NCBI GenBank assembly: GCA_973895155.1
Contig: OZ316896.1
Location: 806,001 to 870,000, forward strand
Reading direction: 5' to 3'
Length of the DNA: 64,000 bases
Source of the DNA: Marsupella aquatica
Lineage: Eukaryota > Plantae > Marchantiophyta
Shown here: one piece after another, positions 14,401-26,598 of the stretch
Numbering within the stretch: the first letter of the stretch is position 1
Layout of the letters: each line of letters starts with the position of its first letter
Position numbers and translations under genes: made by a program
Notes under the pieces: model-generated
Database searches by the model: none
Told to the model about the DNA's origin: nothing
Seen by the model: the letters and a program-made list of their open reading frames with translations, nothing else

Positions 14401-15018
14401 GACAGGCAAGACAGTAGGCGAGATACGGAGAGCCGCCGAGACATTGATAAGCAGGAGAGTTGGCGTAGACCTGTTGAGTCTCCAGTTTCCGTCACCGGTG
14501 TAAAGAATTCCGGCCCAGGTTTGTCATCGTTGGTGGATCCATCTCCTCGAGGTTCTGGAAGATTTGGCTACGGTTCACCTGCCTCAGCCGTTGAGCTTGC
14601 TCAGGCATTTACACGATCATCGTCAATTGGGTCAACCATGACAGGATCTACCCGGGCTTCCAACAATATTCGGACTCCCCTTAGCCCCGCTCCTAAAACT
14701 TCTGTGCAAGGGTTTGTGCCTGGGTACGGGAATGGCACTGCCAGTAGAGATGCTCCTTTCTCGAGGCTTGCCGAGGCTTCGCCTCCTTCATTTAGTGCAA
14801 ACAGCGCAGATACGTATTTACAGTACAGTGGTATTGGTCTGGATAGCCAGAGCAGTTACTTTGGCACTGGGAAGCTCGGTGGATATGCATCTAGTGACTT
14901 GAAGAAGGGTTCGTCTTTTGGAAGAGCAGAGACAGCGAAAGACTTCATGGAGGAGAATGGCGACTTTCCAGGGAAGAGAGGCCTTCCTGTAAGACAGAGG
15001 GATGGCTACTTTGATTAG
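11431..15018 (+). CDS. Plant eIF4B-related, disordered RNA-binding protein; exons 11431-11531, 11679-13026, 13172-13368, 13540-13576, 13750-13811, 14139-15018
   Basis: N-terminus MSKKKVASRSAMTLKDFHGGSIPSDLPLPSAPG, two ERPKL(K/N)L.PRS motifs and FGGARPRELVLKERGVD, the hallmark motifs of plant eIF4B-like proteins. All junctions are in phase. There is probably a long 5'UTR intron ending at the AG at 11310. Confidence 0.85.
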
Positions 15019-15696
15019 TTTGTTTGACATAGCAACCCTGTTCCTCAGGATAAAGGAAATGTTGAGAGGTTCTGTGGGATACAGCAGTACGTTCCATTCC
15101 TTTCTTTCTGTTTTAGGGCTCCTGGAAAATGTCTGCAGTATTTACTGTCATGTGACTGTCAGAATTTCCTCAGATGGAGAATATCTTTTCGCTGCACGTA
15201 TCTTGAGTTTGCTTACCTGGGTGTGCTGTTCCTCCACAAGTCTGCAAGTCCGAAGTGCCGTCAGATTGAGAAACCTGGTTCTCGGCGCTACCTCCTTTGA
15301 GTCACGCCTCTACATTTACACCTTCATCGTTTGTAGTCTCCTTGATAAGTCAACACTCCTACCATTTGCAACGGCTGTCAGATTGTTTACCCAAGATTTG
15401 ATCGTGCCGCTCACCTGTGTAGTATATGAGGCTCACTGGCCATGTCCTCTTTGAGGTACTTGGACCATTTTGTCTGATGTCTGGGCATTCCCAGTGAGGG
15501 TTTCTTTCCAGGACTGCGGGGCCAATGTCTTGGCTTGTAGCATAGGTTGGGACCCCTTGTGTTGCTAGTGAAGTCGAGACACGCTTTACCCAATTAGTGT
15601 CTCATAGAAAAGGGCCTTGTCACAGAATCTTTCTGTCTGTTTGAATTGTTTTGTCAACAGTAATTATCTTGACCGTCTGTTAAAGCTTAATCAACA

Positions 15697-15908
15697 GGAT
15701 CCTGGAAGGCCTAGTGCGCCGTCACGACAGAAAATGCTTGTCACAGACCGCATTGAGCATCCTTCGTTGCAATCTTGAGAAATTGTTCATTTTAGGACAG
15801 GACGAACATCCTGCAAGACCCAGTGCGCTGTCATGACAGAAAACGCTTGTCACAGGAAATGATGAGCTTCTTGCATTACAATCTTAAGAAATGAGTCAGC
15901 GTAGGAGA
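15697..15908. repeat. Tandem duplication, two copies of about 110 bp
   Basis: ATCCTG.AAG.CC.AGTGCGC.GTCA.GACAGAAAA.GCTTGTCACAG...CAATCTT.AGAAAT occurs twice. Confidence 0.8.
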
Positions 15909-17587
15909 CGGTGAAGGACAGAACAAATTTTAGGCTTTTCTTTGGCAACAAGTTGTGCAACCTGATCATGACTAACGAAAATTTTTCTGGTGTTCATTGT
16001 GGGCGTTGCATTCTATTTACGAAGCGTTATTCTTTCATCGTGGACTCCCCACGAAGCCAGAGTCCAAAGAAGGGCACCAATACCCGCTCAAGTCCGCCAT
16101 TAAGGCATATAATTGTGGAGCAGGATTATTGGAGAGCACTGACATGGATCCGAGATTCCCTGCAGTTCAATTCAAACATTGCAAAATGGGGCAAAAGTAC
16201 AGGCTCGAGCTTGTTAAATCCAAAGAGACTCAAGGGCCATGGGTAACCCTACACATCGCGTCCAGGTAATCCATGGCCACTTAAGGCCCACGTTACTTCC
16301 AGGTTAATCCATGGCCACTCGAGGGCCATGGCTGCCATCTGTTGCCCTACACACTACTTTCCAGGTTGCATGTCACGGCTAACTTTTTTCCCTGTGTTTC
16401 TACATCTATCACTCAGACCTTGGAGAATTAAGATTATGAAATGGCAACTCAACAACGTTGAACTATGATTCAAAGTATGAACCAGTTGTAGCCTTCCACC
16501 ATTTTGTTGGTAACTTGTATGGACGGGCGTCTATTTTGTTCTACTAAAATCTACCATTCAAAACTTGAGGGTCAAGGGGGGAAGGTGCCCACAAAGTGAT
16601 ATTTGTTCTGGTGCATGTTTGTGGCATGCCAAAAGTTTTCTACCCTAGCTTGGATTGGAATAAACCCTGACTCTCGACTTCAGAGTGGCATGCACGAAAG
16701 GGCTCTAATAACACTCTATAAAGTAAGGCCATGTTCCCACTGCATTCTGGGCTACACCTCCCCTCCCATGAAGTATTATAGCCCAAGTTCTGAGGGACTG
16801 CATTGTGGGCTACACAGAACCTCCCATAAAGGGCTATAGCCCAAGTCTTGAGGGACTATTTTGACATACCCTAGTAACAAGGAGTTAATGCACTTTAATA
16901 CTGGATAGATTTTTCTTAGTATTTTTGGTTCTTTTTCTCCGTTCTTCACACTAGAAGACAAACCCAAAGCTCATGCAAGTTAAGATTTCACTTTACTCAC
17001 CAAGAGAGAAATACAGTGACAAATCTCAAAATGCCCCGTGCACAGCCTGCGGTGGACACTCTCTTCCATAAAGTACAAAAAATACCAAGAGATTCAAGGG
17101 ATTAAGTTTTTTGGGCATCAGTTGCAAGTGTGCAAGGTGTGACATTGATCAACATTCCTAATACATCAAACTGCAACCACTCCTTCCGCCTTAATTGTTT
17201 CACTACTTCCTTTTGGGACATGATGCAGTCTTCATCCATGGCACACAGAGATGACACAATCTTCATCCCTGGTACACAGAGATTATGCAATCTTCATCCA
17301 TGGCACATAGGAATGTCGGAGCCTGCACAGACGTCAATGTGGACCTGGGGGGTTTCAGCTACATGTGCATGCGTTGCTGTACAACATCTGCAGCTCTTTG
17401 CCACAAATGTTAAGCTCTCGACTTTTGCATTGAGTAGATTGTAAGTGAAAAAGATTTCTAGTGATTTTAGTGCATTCAAACATACTTTAAGTTGTAGGTG
17501 GAAAAGTCTTCTAGTAATCTTAGAGCATTGAAATGTACTTTAAGATGTCACTCAACAGCCCAACAAATTGCGTGGGAAGTTGACTAA

Positions 17588-17894
17588 TCTATTCATTAAA
17601 AATGAATTATTATTCAATTTATGAACATTTGGGCAATAGAAAGTGTACATTTGCCCTTCAAAAAATTTACAATTGGGCAAGAAATAAAGTTGATGGCCAT
17701 CAGATGTACCACCATGTTCATCCTTTGTAAATGAACTAGGATTAGACTCCTAGTCAAGATCATTTTTGCCACCTCAAGTTTACAACTGATCATTAGGTGT
17801 ATAATATTGTACCATAGTGTACCATTTGGGTTTAAAAAGTGAACATTTAGAGACCAAAAAGTGAACAAAATAAAATACATTTTTAATGAATAGA
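17588..17894. mobile_element. AT-rich MITE-like insertion with a 17-bp terminal inverted repeat
   Basis: TCTATTCATTAAAAATG at 17588 and its exact complement CATTTTTAATGAATAGA ending at 17894. The segment is absent from the paralogous sequence at about 34320. No clear TSD. Confidence 0.6.
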
Positions 17895-18324
17895 GATAGA
17901 GAGAGAGAGACTGGTAATGTCGAGGAGCAATTGTTATCGACTGCTGTCCCATACCGACACGCAAGAGGGGGCGTTAATTAAGAGATGGCTAATCATGTAT
18001 GTACCACTTTATGATATGGACGATTGTCCTGTCAAAGGAGAGGGACAAATATATTGCCAATCTTTTTGGCTCTACCGTCTGTCGATGTCTATGAGCGAGG
18101 TCTGGATCGGTGAGGTAGTAAGTTGAGATGCTGTCCAACTTGAATTATCAATAATTGTTGCCGGTAGTGTCTCTAAACCTGCAGGTCTGCAGCTGGTATC
18201 TACATTAAGACAACAGACTAGCACACCTTTCAGCAAGGTGAATCTGAGTTTGTGTTAGCTTGCCAACAAAACATTTTTGCTTTGGATACCAATGAGCTCT
18301 GGATGCCGATGAGCAAAGCTAGAA

Positions 18325-18520
18325 GCACATTGCATGTTCAGAAATGGGATGCTATGAATTATAGTTTTGATGGCAAGCAATTGCATGTGCAGAAATGGAA
18401 CGCTAACAACTATAGTTTGCATATCAATCAATTGCATGTGCAAAAAAAGAACGCTAGAGATTATAGTTCCGATGTCAAGCAGTTGCTAGCGATTATAGTT
18501 TCGATGCAGAGCAATTGAAA
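18325..18520. repeat. 51-bp-period minisatellite, about 3.5 copies
   Basis: TTGCATGT(G/T)CA.AAA at 18330, 18381 and 18432, each followed by GCTA...ATAGTTT. Confidence 0.8.
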
Positions 18521-18769
18521 TGCAGAAAGGGAGAAAAGACTATTTCAAAGAGGGTAAATAAAAGCATCTTTTAAGGTAACTTTTTGAGTTTTTATTCTTT
18601 TTTCTTTCCTTTTTGTTTAGGATAGGGATGGACACAGAACACATGAATGATTTTTTAAATTATTATTTTTTCTTTGAGGGTGGGCAGGGATGAGGATTCA
18701 GGATATCTTAAAGGAGATGAGGAATAAAAAGACAAAACATAGACATTTTGATTCTTTGGCCAAGATGGA

Positions 18770-18966
18770 GAATTAAGGGTACCTTAAGGGGAGGGATAAA
18801 AAAGGGTAAGGGAACTGTTTTTCTTTAATTATCAAGAAAGGATTAAGGGAGGATAAAAAAGGGTAAAAGGGTTGTTTTTTCTTGAATCGTTGAGAAATGA
18901 TTAAGGATACCCTAACGGGAGTAATAAAAATGGCACGGGAATGGTTTTTCTTTAATTGTTGAGAAA
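18770..18966. repeat. Degenerate tandem repeat of about 60-70 bp, three copies
   Basis: ATTAAGG...ATAAAAA.GG..A.GG...TTTTTCTT.AAT..T..AGAAA recurs three times. Confidence 0.65.
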
Positions 18967-19259
18967 TTACATTTTTGTATTAGTTGTTTTCAACCTTTTA
19001 GGGTGGGTGGGATGACGTTTAGGGTTATTCACAAGAGCAGCCAGGGCTGACCATTCCAAAATTCAGTTTTGGTCCCAAAATTGACAGATTTGGTTTTTGA
19101 TTGGTCAAGTAAAGAATCATGACTCTTTGTTCAATTTAAGACTCTTCAAGTCCTATGCCACATAACTCCAGTGTTTTTTTTTCCAATGCAAACTATGGTA
19201 GCTGAAAGCTAAAATCTAATTTTTTATATAAATACTTTCACAAAATTTGATATCCGAAC

Positions 19260-20245
19260 TATAGCATCCGCCCCACTCAGGGGGTTGACTATCAGAAATT
19301 TTAGGAATCACGTGCGATCTAAAATAGGAATTTTTGGTAGAAATTAACTAAATTTTTAAAAAACGTAGGAGACAAAAGAAGGTATTATAAAATAGGTTGC
19401 CATTACACCCCAGCATCTCAACTATATTGCTATCTCTTTGTGAGTGGGTTAGTGATTCTTGTGTCTGCATCAATTTGCCTTCTCAGTCTGCTCTCTCTCT
19501 CCTAATCTTAATCTTCTCTTTGCAATTCATGTTTTTGTGAACCTTGAGTATGTCATCTCCAGGGTGTATAGCTTGTAGGCATCTTCATAGGAGATGCCGA
19601 CAAGGCACTTTCAAGTCTTATGGGAACGAAAAGGACTTGATAAATTTACACTATTTTCATGGATTTCACTGGGTTGAAAGATACCTAGAAAGGTTTCTAA
19701 GTGAAGAGAAGCCTCTCGTGTTTGATTCCTTAGTTCTAGAAGCAAACTCAAGAATAAAAAATACACAGATGGAGATGATAGCAATAGTAAGAGAGATTCA
19801 AGGTAGATACGCCATACTGGAAGCTCCGGGCGGAGTCCTCGTGTCTAGTGTCAAATCAGCTCCAAAACTAACTCCAAAATCAGCTTCAAAAATCTTCCTC
19901 CCTGGGGCGCAAACCTCTGGCAGTCCAACATAGTCAATAACTGAATGCCGCCCCAGGGAGGGGGATTTTGGAGCTGATTTTGAAGCTAATTTTGGAGTTG
20001 ATTTGGCACCAGATGCGGGGGACCGCATCTGGATCGTGCCCTAGGGAGTGGGATTTTGAAGTTGATTTTGAAACTGATTTTGGAGCTGATTTTGGAGCAG
20101 CCTTAGTCTTTCCATATAGCATAATGAAGTCTCGGGGGTTTGGTATTAAAAATCTTAGGAATCATGTGCAATCCAAAATATTCATTTTTGATAGAAATTA
20201 ACAAAAAATTTGAAAAACATAGGAAACAAAAGAATGTATTATAAA
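19260..20245 (+). repeat. About 130-bp direct repeats (19260-19391 and 20115-20245) flanking LOB copy 1
   Basis: CTC.GGGG.TT..TAT.A.AAAT.TTAGGAATCA.GTGC.ATC.AAAATA...TTTTTG.TAGAAATTAAC.AAA..TTT.AAAAAC.TAGGA.ACAAAAGAA.GTATTATAAA is present at both positions. Confidence 0.85.
19550..19933 (+). CDS. Divergent LOB-domain (LBD/AS2-like) gene, copy 1; possibly a pseudogene because the fourth Cys is lost
   Basis: MSSPGCIACRHLHRRCRQG is a remnant CX2CX6CX3C C-block. DSLVLEANSRIKNTQMEMIAIVREIQ aligns with the LOB consensus SL.YEA.AR..DPVYG.VG.I..LQ. A TATA-like TATTATAAA lies at about 19383. Confidence 0.65.
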   Translation: MSSPGCIACRHLHRRCRQGTFKSYGNEKDLINLHYFHGFHWVERYLERFLSEEKPLVFDSLVLEANSRIKNTQMEMIAIVREIQGRYAILEAPGGVLVSSVKSAPKLTPKSASKIFLPGAQTSGSPT

Positions 20246-20801
20246 CTCATTTTATAGAATATTCTATAAAATTCACCTTTTAAAAACCAAAATAAATTAT
20301 TAATATTGAAATAAAGAATATTCTTAAAATATTTTTATAAAATAAGTCTATTTATATTAGATTAGTATCGCACGTGGTATCCCAAAATATACATTTAGTT
20401 AACCCCCCGAGAGTGAAGTTCAAGGCTTTGATCCAGGACTTTGTATAGTGTGATCTCAAATTCATACCTCTGAGCATTGTCAAAGATGGGCTACTTGAAT
20501 AAAAGTCTTGCATTTGAGTGATCATTGTATAGTGTGATCTTGAATTCATACTAGTGAGCCATATCAAGAGTCTAAAATGCACGTACTTCAGATCCAACCC
20601 TCTGGAAAAACTTACTTTATGTGGTGGGTCTCTGGGCGGCAAATACTTCTTGGTGAGGCTAGAGATTTGTAGTCTTGTATGATGTCACATAGTATAGCTT
20701 CTTGATCTAGCTATTGATTCTTAACTTCATCTAAGGAGTTCGGCAAGACAGCAATTGCACAAAGGCACATAGGGTCTCTCCTATGCACTTCACTCGGAGC
20801 T

Positions 20802-20977
20802 CATAGGAGGGCCATAGAGCGAAGCCTGTTGAGAGTCCCTGAAACCAGGATAGGAGGGCATAGGAGAGAACCCATAGGAGGGCCACAAAGCGAAGCCTGC
20901 TGAGAGTCCCTGAAACCATCATAGGAGGGCCACGAAGCGAAACCTGGAGAGAGTCCCTAAAAGAGAGTCCCTAAAAC
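20802..20977. repeat. Tandem repeat (CATAGGAGGGCCA..AAGCGAAGCCTG.TGAGAGTCCCTGAAA), about three copies
   Basis: Directly visible; probably TE-derived. Confidence 0.75.
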
Positions 20978-23237
20978 CAACTCCTCACGCATGGAGGTAA
21001 TCTAACTCAGCTAGGACTTGTTAAATCTCAGTCGGAGGCTTGGGGGATTTCGGCGATGGAGGTCAAGAAGTTGAATGAGAGACGCGGGGCTTTGTACAGT
21101 AGAGTTCGCTTGCAAACATGGCGACGAGGGATTTGGTCTAGAGTAAGGAGTTAAGCCAAGCGAGAGTGGACAAGATCATCGAAGCAGGTGAGCCTTGTAC
21201 TGTTTGAGTGTGGGCTGTTCGGGGACCCGGTAGTATGGGTTAATTTTGACAGCTCTCCTCCGTTTTTCTCCTGAATGTCTGTAAGATCGTGCCCCATTCC
21301 AAGTGCACCAGCGAAGGGTAGAGATTATTAAGATCGAATCCGGATGCAGAGAACTAGACCTAGCCTTCTCCTTCAGGGTGAGGCAATTCAGAATTCCCTT
21401 CAAACCTTTAGAACGGGGGTTTCGGTTTCTTTGATGAGAAATTTTAACACAAGAATCCACAACATACAGTACTGTGATCCTCTTGCTTGGTATTTCGGGC
21501 ATTGATACCTATACTTTCACGGAAAACATGTGCGCACCCAATGTGCGGCGTGATTTGAAAATCTGGAACTCTTTCTCTAAGATGTGCAACCAATGTCGTG
21601 GCATCCCTGAGTCGTGCTCACTTGCGTCAACTTGTTATTCTTAATGAATTTTCGAGCTTTTGCCCAATTTGCTACGTACACGGTCTGCATATCACTCGAA
21701 CTCAACTTATTCTTTGAATAAATGCCGTCACTTTTGGTGCAATATGTAGGACAATTTGGCTGGGTTTTCTTTTGGAGGGCGATAAACAAGAGAAGTTGCG
21801 CCAAAAGGTTTTCAGAGGGCAATGTGCAGGTATGGCGGTGGTTGCTTTGGGATTTGAAAGGAAGAATTCCTCTTTGTCTTTCCTCTCAAAATTTGTCCTA
21901 TTGATCCTCAAGTTTGGATGGCAAAGCTGGGATGAAATTTTACAAGAGTACAGCAATTCTTAATTCTTAATTCTTAATGCAGGAGGAAATGATCCGGGAG
22001 AAGATACTGCTGCTGCGGGGTACCTTCAACAGTTACGTTGAGCTCAGATTCCTCTGCCTGGGTAAGGTTCCCCGAACAGAGCCTTCGCCTAGTGAATTTT
22101 CTTTCCTTAGTCGAAGGGGGGAAGGAAAGAGGAGACTTGAAATTTGAGCGCTTGCACTACTTAGTCTGATTCGAACGTGTGTCAAACAGGTATGAGAATC
22201 TTCTCACGACTGCACTATTAAGCTCTCTATTCCCGGCGCGGCATCGGAGGCTGACTCTATGGATATTTTGCATATGGGCCGTTGTAGGCCACACTCCACA
22301 GCCAGGTATAATTAGTATTGTATGCGTGTCATTTTGTTGGACTATGATGTGACCAAACGGCCTTGAATACATTCTCAACAAAGACGTTTGATTTGCAGAC
22401 TTCATCCTCCGTCTTCCGGTTCGATTGGTGTTGGCACCAGCCGTTGTTCTTGTACGAGGTCTTCAGGTATTAAGACTGAAGAGCTTTCAACGTCATGATT
22501 ACTCAAAATGTCATGTGTCTACTTTCAATGGATTCTATAAAGCGAATTTCAATAATGCTGGATAGGCTTTATTTCTGAATCGTAGGAAAGGGAGGCGGGG
22601 CGCTTTCTCATGCATCTCGTCTGTCTAATCTCAATGGATTCTATAGAGCCAATATAAGTTATGCTGGATAGGGTTTGTTTCTGACTTGTAGTCTCTTTTC
22701 GAAACCTTGAAAACAGACAAACTGAAGATCATTCAGTCAGGCTGTAATTGGACAGTGAAGTGTTGGCAAGTTACAAATGGACTCCGGTCAAGGTGCCGTA
22801 AGAGCCCATCTCATAAATAAACCAAGGATGATATGTGACTGATAATTCTTTCACTGGCAATTCGGCTTGTGACGCTATCTTTCTTGACATTCAATGGTGA
22901 AGCACAGTAGTAGTAACGAGCTTATTGATACTTTTGAGCTCCCTGGATCGCAATCATCTTGGTATCCTGTTCTAAAAGCATGGCATTCTTGACAGAGAGC
23001 CGTTACTCTCAACTAAAACGGAGTCATGTCAATTTCGTAAGGTATCCGTATCAAGGATCAGAGCAGAGCAAGGGAGACAAGAAAATACATCTTTGGACTG
23101 AGGTAGGCATGCGTCCTAGCCCTAGAATCAGAGACTACCGGCCTGCTATCTATATTTCAACGTGTCATTGTAGAAATATCGCTTGACTTTAGAAACAAAC
23201 AAAAAATACATTCTTGCTTCTTGCGGAAGTTCTTGCT

Positions 23238-26200
23238 ATGCTGCTATCACTGAGGTTTTCCAGATCTGATCGTGGGTTGTGCTGCCGACAGATGATACCC
23301 AGAGCGCCTGAGTTCAATAATCAGAAAATGAGAAGAAGAGCACTCTGGGTGGATCGCTGGTCAACTCCAGCACGGGTGAAGCCAAGGCGCAAATTGATTA
23401 CTCAAGGCAGATTGCAATCTCGTGCTGGTTATGGCACCAGAGACTGGTCGCAAGACACTGCAAAAGGGGAAAGGTAGTGGCACGAGCACCATAAGGATTG
23501 AGTGGTCTCCTTTGCTAAATGTCAAGAAGTAGGTGCAGCCAAAAAATTGCGATTTGATTAAGTTTGAGGATATGGTGTGTGTAACACGCTTCTTATTCGT
23601 TGCTTTCTGGGTGCACTCAAAGTAGGGTGATTCTATGTCAGAGCTATCAAGAGGGCAAATGAATTTATGCAATTTTGTGTATACTGAAATATGTGAGTTT
23701 AGGGCATTATTGTTCTCGGACCCTGCACTTTGTGTGTTAGTGTTCCCTTTTTTATGAAGGTCGTTTTAATTAAGTCTCCATTGATGATCCAGACTTCCCA
23801 AGGGCAACAGTGGAAAAACAAGTACTGTGTCGACGAATGCAAGAGATTTGACGCATATCCGGAAAAGTAGCGGGGGCAGTAAACACATGCACAGTGCTGG
23901 TACGACGAGTGAAGCACTTGTTATTTTGAAGAATCGTCTACAACGAGGTCTTACGGTCGACTCGAACATGTATGTTGATGTTCTGAGAATGTGTTCGACG
24001 GAGAAAGACCTTGTAGTGGCCAAGCAGATTCACGAGTGCATCATCGAGAATGGAATGGAGAAGAATCCATATCTGGCGAACTCCCTCCTGAATGTGTATA
24101 TCAAATTTGGGAGATTACTGGATGCACGCCGAGTCTTTAATAAAATTGAGAAGAAGAAGGTGATTAGTTGGAACGCAATGATTTCTGGATATGCTAAGAA
24201 CAATCATACAGAATCTGCTCTAGAAATTTTCAATCAAATGCGCCAAGAAGCGGTGGAGCCTAATGAGGTCACATTTCTGTGCATCCTGAAGGCGTGTGCC
24301 AGCCCATTAGCTCTGGAATGGGGAAAGGAAATTCATTCGTGTATTAGACATGCTGGCTTTGAATCAGATTTGCGTATAGGGAATACACTCGTTCACATGT
24401 ATGCAAAGAGTGGCAGTATCGATGATGCCCGACTGGTTTTTGACAGAATGGAGAAACGCGATGTAGTCACATGGAATGTTATGATCGGTGGACTTACACA
24501 ACATGGATGTGGGAATGAAGCATATCGGCTGTTCCTCGAAATGAAACGGGAAGGCTACAAGGCAAATGCAATCACTTATCTGAGCATCCTGAATGCATCT
24601 GCAAGTGCGGGGGCTTTGAAGTGGGTGAAGGAGGTTCATGGCCATGCTAGCAAAATGTTACTGGAGTCAGATTTGCGTGTGGGCAATGCACTGGTTCACA
24701 TGTATGTAGAGAGTGGCAGTATAGATGACGCCCAACTTGTTTTTGACAGAATGGAGAAACGCGATGTAGTCACATGGAATGTAATGATCGGTGGACTTGC
24801 ACAACATGGACGTGGGCATGAAGCATATCGGCTGTTCCTCCAAATGAGACGGGAAGGCTTCGAACCAAATGCAATCACTTATCTGAGCATCCTGAATGCA
24901 TCTGGAAGTGAGGGGACTTTGAAGTGGGTGAAGGAGGTTCATGGCCAAGCTAGCAAAGCAGGACTGGAGTCAGATTTGCGTGTGGGCAATGCACTGGTTC
25001 GCATGTATGCAGAGAGTGGCAGTATAGATGACGCCCGACTTTTTTTTGACAGAATGGAGAAACGGGATGTAGCCACATGGACTGTAATGATCGGTGGACT
25101 TGCACAACATGGATGTGGGCATGAAGCATATCGGGTGTTCCTCCAAATGAAACGTGAAGGCTTCGAACCAAATGCATTCACTTATGCTAGCATTCTAAAT
25201 GCATCTGCAAGTCAAGGTGCCTTGGAATGGGTGAAGGAAGTTCATAGCCATGCTAGCAAAGCGGGTCTGGATTCAGATTTGCGTGTGGGTAGTGCACTGG
25301 TTCACATGTATGCAAAGAGTGGCAGTATAGATGATGCCCGACATGTTTTTGACAGAATGGAGAAACGGGATGTAGCCACGTGGACTATAATGATCGGTGG
25401 ACTTGCACAACATGGATGTGGGCATGAAGCATATCGACTATTTCTTCAAATGAGACGGGAAGGCTTCGAACCAAATGCATTCACTTATGCTAGTATTCTA
25501 AATGCATCTGCAAGTCAGGGGGCTTTGGAGTGGGTGAAGGACGTTCATAGCCACGCTAGCAAAGCAGGACTGGATTCAGATTTAGGTGTGGGCAATGCAC
25601 TCATTCACATGTATGCAAAGAGTGGCAGTGTAGATGACGCCCGACTGGTTTTTGACAGAATGGAGAATCGGGATGTAGTCACATGGAATGTAATGATCGG
25701 TGGACTTGCACAACATGGATATGGGAATAAAGCCGTGGAACTCTTCAGGAAAATGAATGCAGACGGTGTGAAGCCTGACAATTATTCATTCGTGGCTGTG
25801 TTGTCAGCCTGTTGTCATGCAGGCCTTGTTGACGACGGCCGTAGGCTCTTTTTAGCCATGACGCAAGATCATGGCATAGAGCCTGACATTGTGCATTACA
25901 CCTGTATGGTGGATCTTCTTGGGCGGGCTGGACATTTGGAGGAAGCAAAGCTCTTTATTATTGACATGCCAGTTGAACCAAATGGAGTGACTTGGAAAGC
26001 CTTGCTTGGTGCTTGTAGAACTTACGGTAATGTGGAGTTGGGCGAACTTGCCGCCAAGGAGCTTTTCAAGTTGGAGCCCAATGATTCCTCTGCATATGTG
26101 CTCCTCTCCAACATCTATGCTGCAGTTGGCGCGTGGGAGAAGGTGTCATCGGTGCGCACGATAATGCAAGAGAGGGGTGTCAGGAAGGAACCGGGGCGTA

Positions 26201-26598
26201 GCTGGGTTGAAGTTGATAACAAGGTCCATGAATTCGTTGTAGGGGATACGTCGCACCCAGAAGCTAAGGAGATATATACTGAACTAAATAAACTGACTGA
26301 AAAACTGAAGGCTGAAGGTTACACTCCAGATACCCGGCTTGTGTTGCATGATATGAATGAGGAGGATAAAGAACTAGCTCTTTGCTCTCATAGTGAGAAA
26401 TTGGCTATTGCGTACGGGCTTATGCACATACCTCGCGGAGAACCAATTCGTGTAACTAAGAACCTTCGGGTGTGTCCAGATTGCCACACAGCAACTAAGT
26501 TGATCTCTAAGGTGACTGGACGTGAGATTATAGCCAGGGATGCAAATCGCTTTCACCATTTTAAAGATGGCGTATGTTCTTGTCGAGATTACTGGTGA
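23238..26598 (+). CDS. PLS-class pentatricopeptide repeat protein with E1/E2 and DYW:PG cytidine deaminase domain (organellar C-to-U RNA editing factor); main exon 23793-26598, upstream exon ending at 23473, true start uncertain
   Basis: About 20 PPR motifs in P-L-S triplets, PG box (EPGRSWVEV), HSEKLA, CPDCH and terminal DYW. The donor at 23474 and acceptor at 23792 join ...TAKGE-R-LPKGNSGK in frame, adding an Arg-rich targeting-like N-terminus. Confidence 0.95.

Noticed and set aside
18325-20977. Regularly spaced repeats that could suggest a CRISPR-like array
   Set aside because: Eukaryotic context, whole units are homologous (no unique spacers), and there are no cas genes.
23827-23829. 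ORF-track start of the PPR gene
   Set aside because: It is a GTG inside an exon; an in-frame acceptor at 23792 links to upstream coding sequence.
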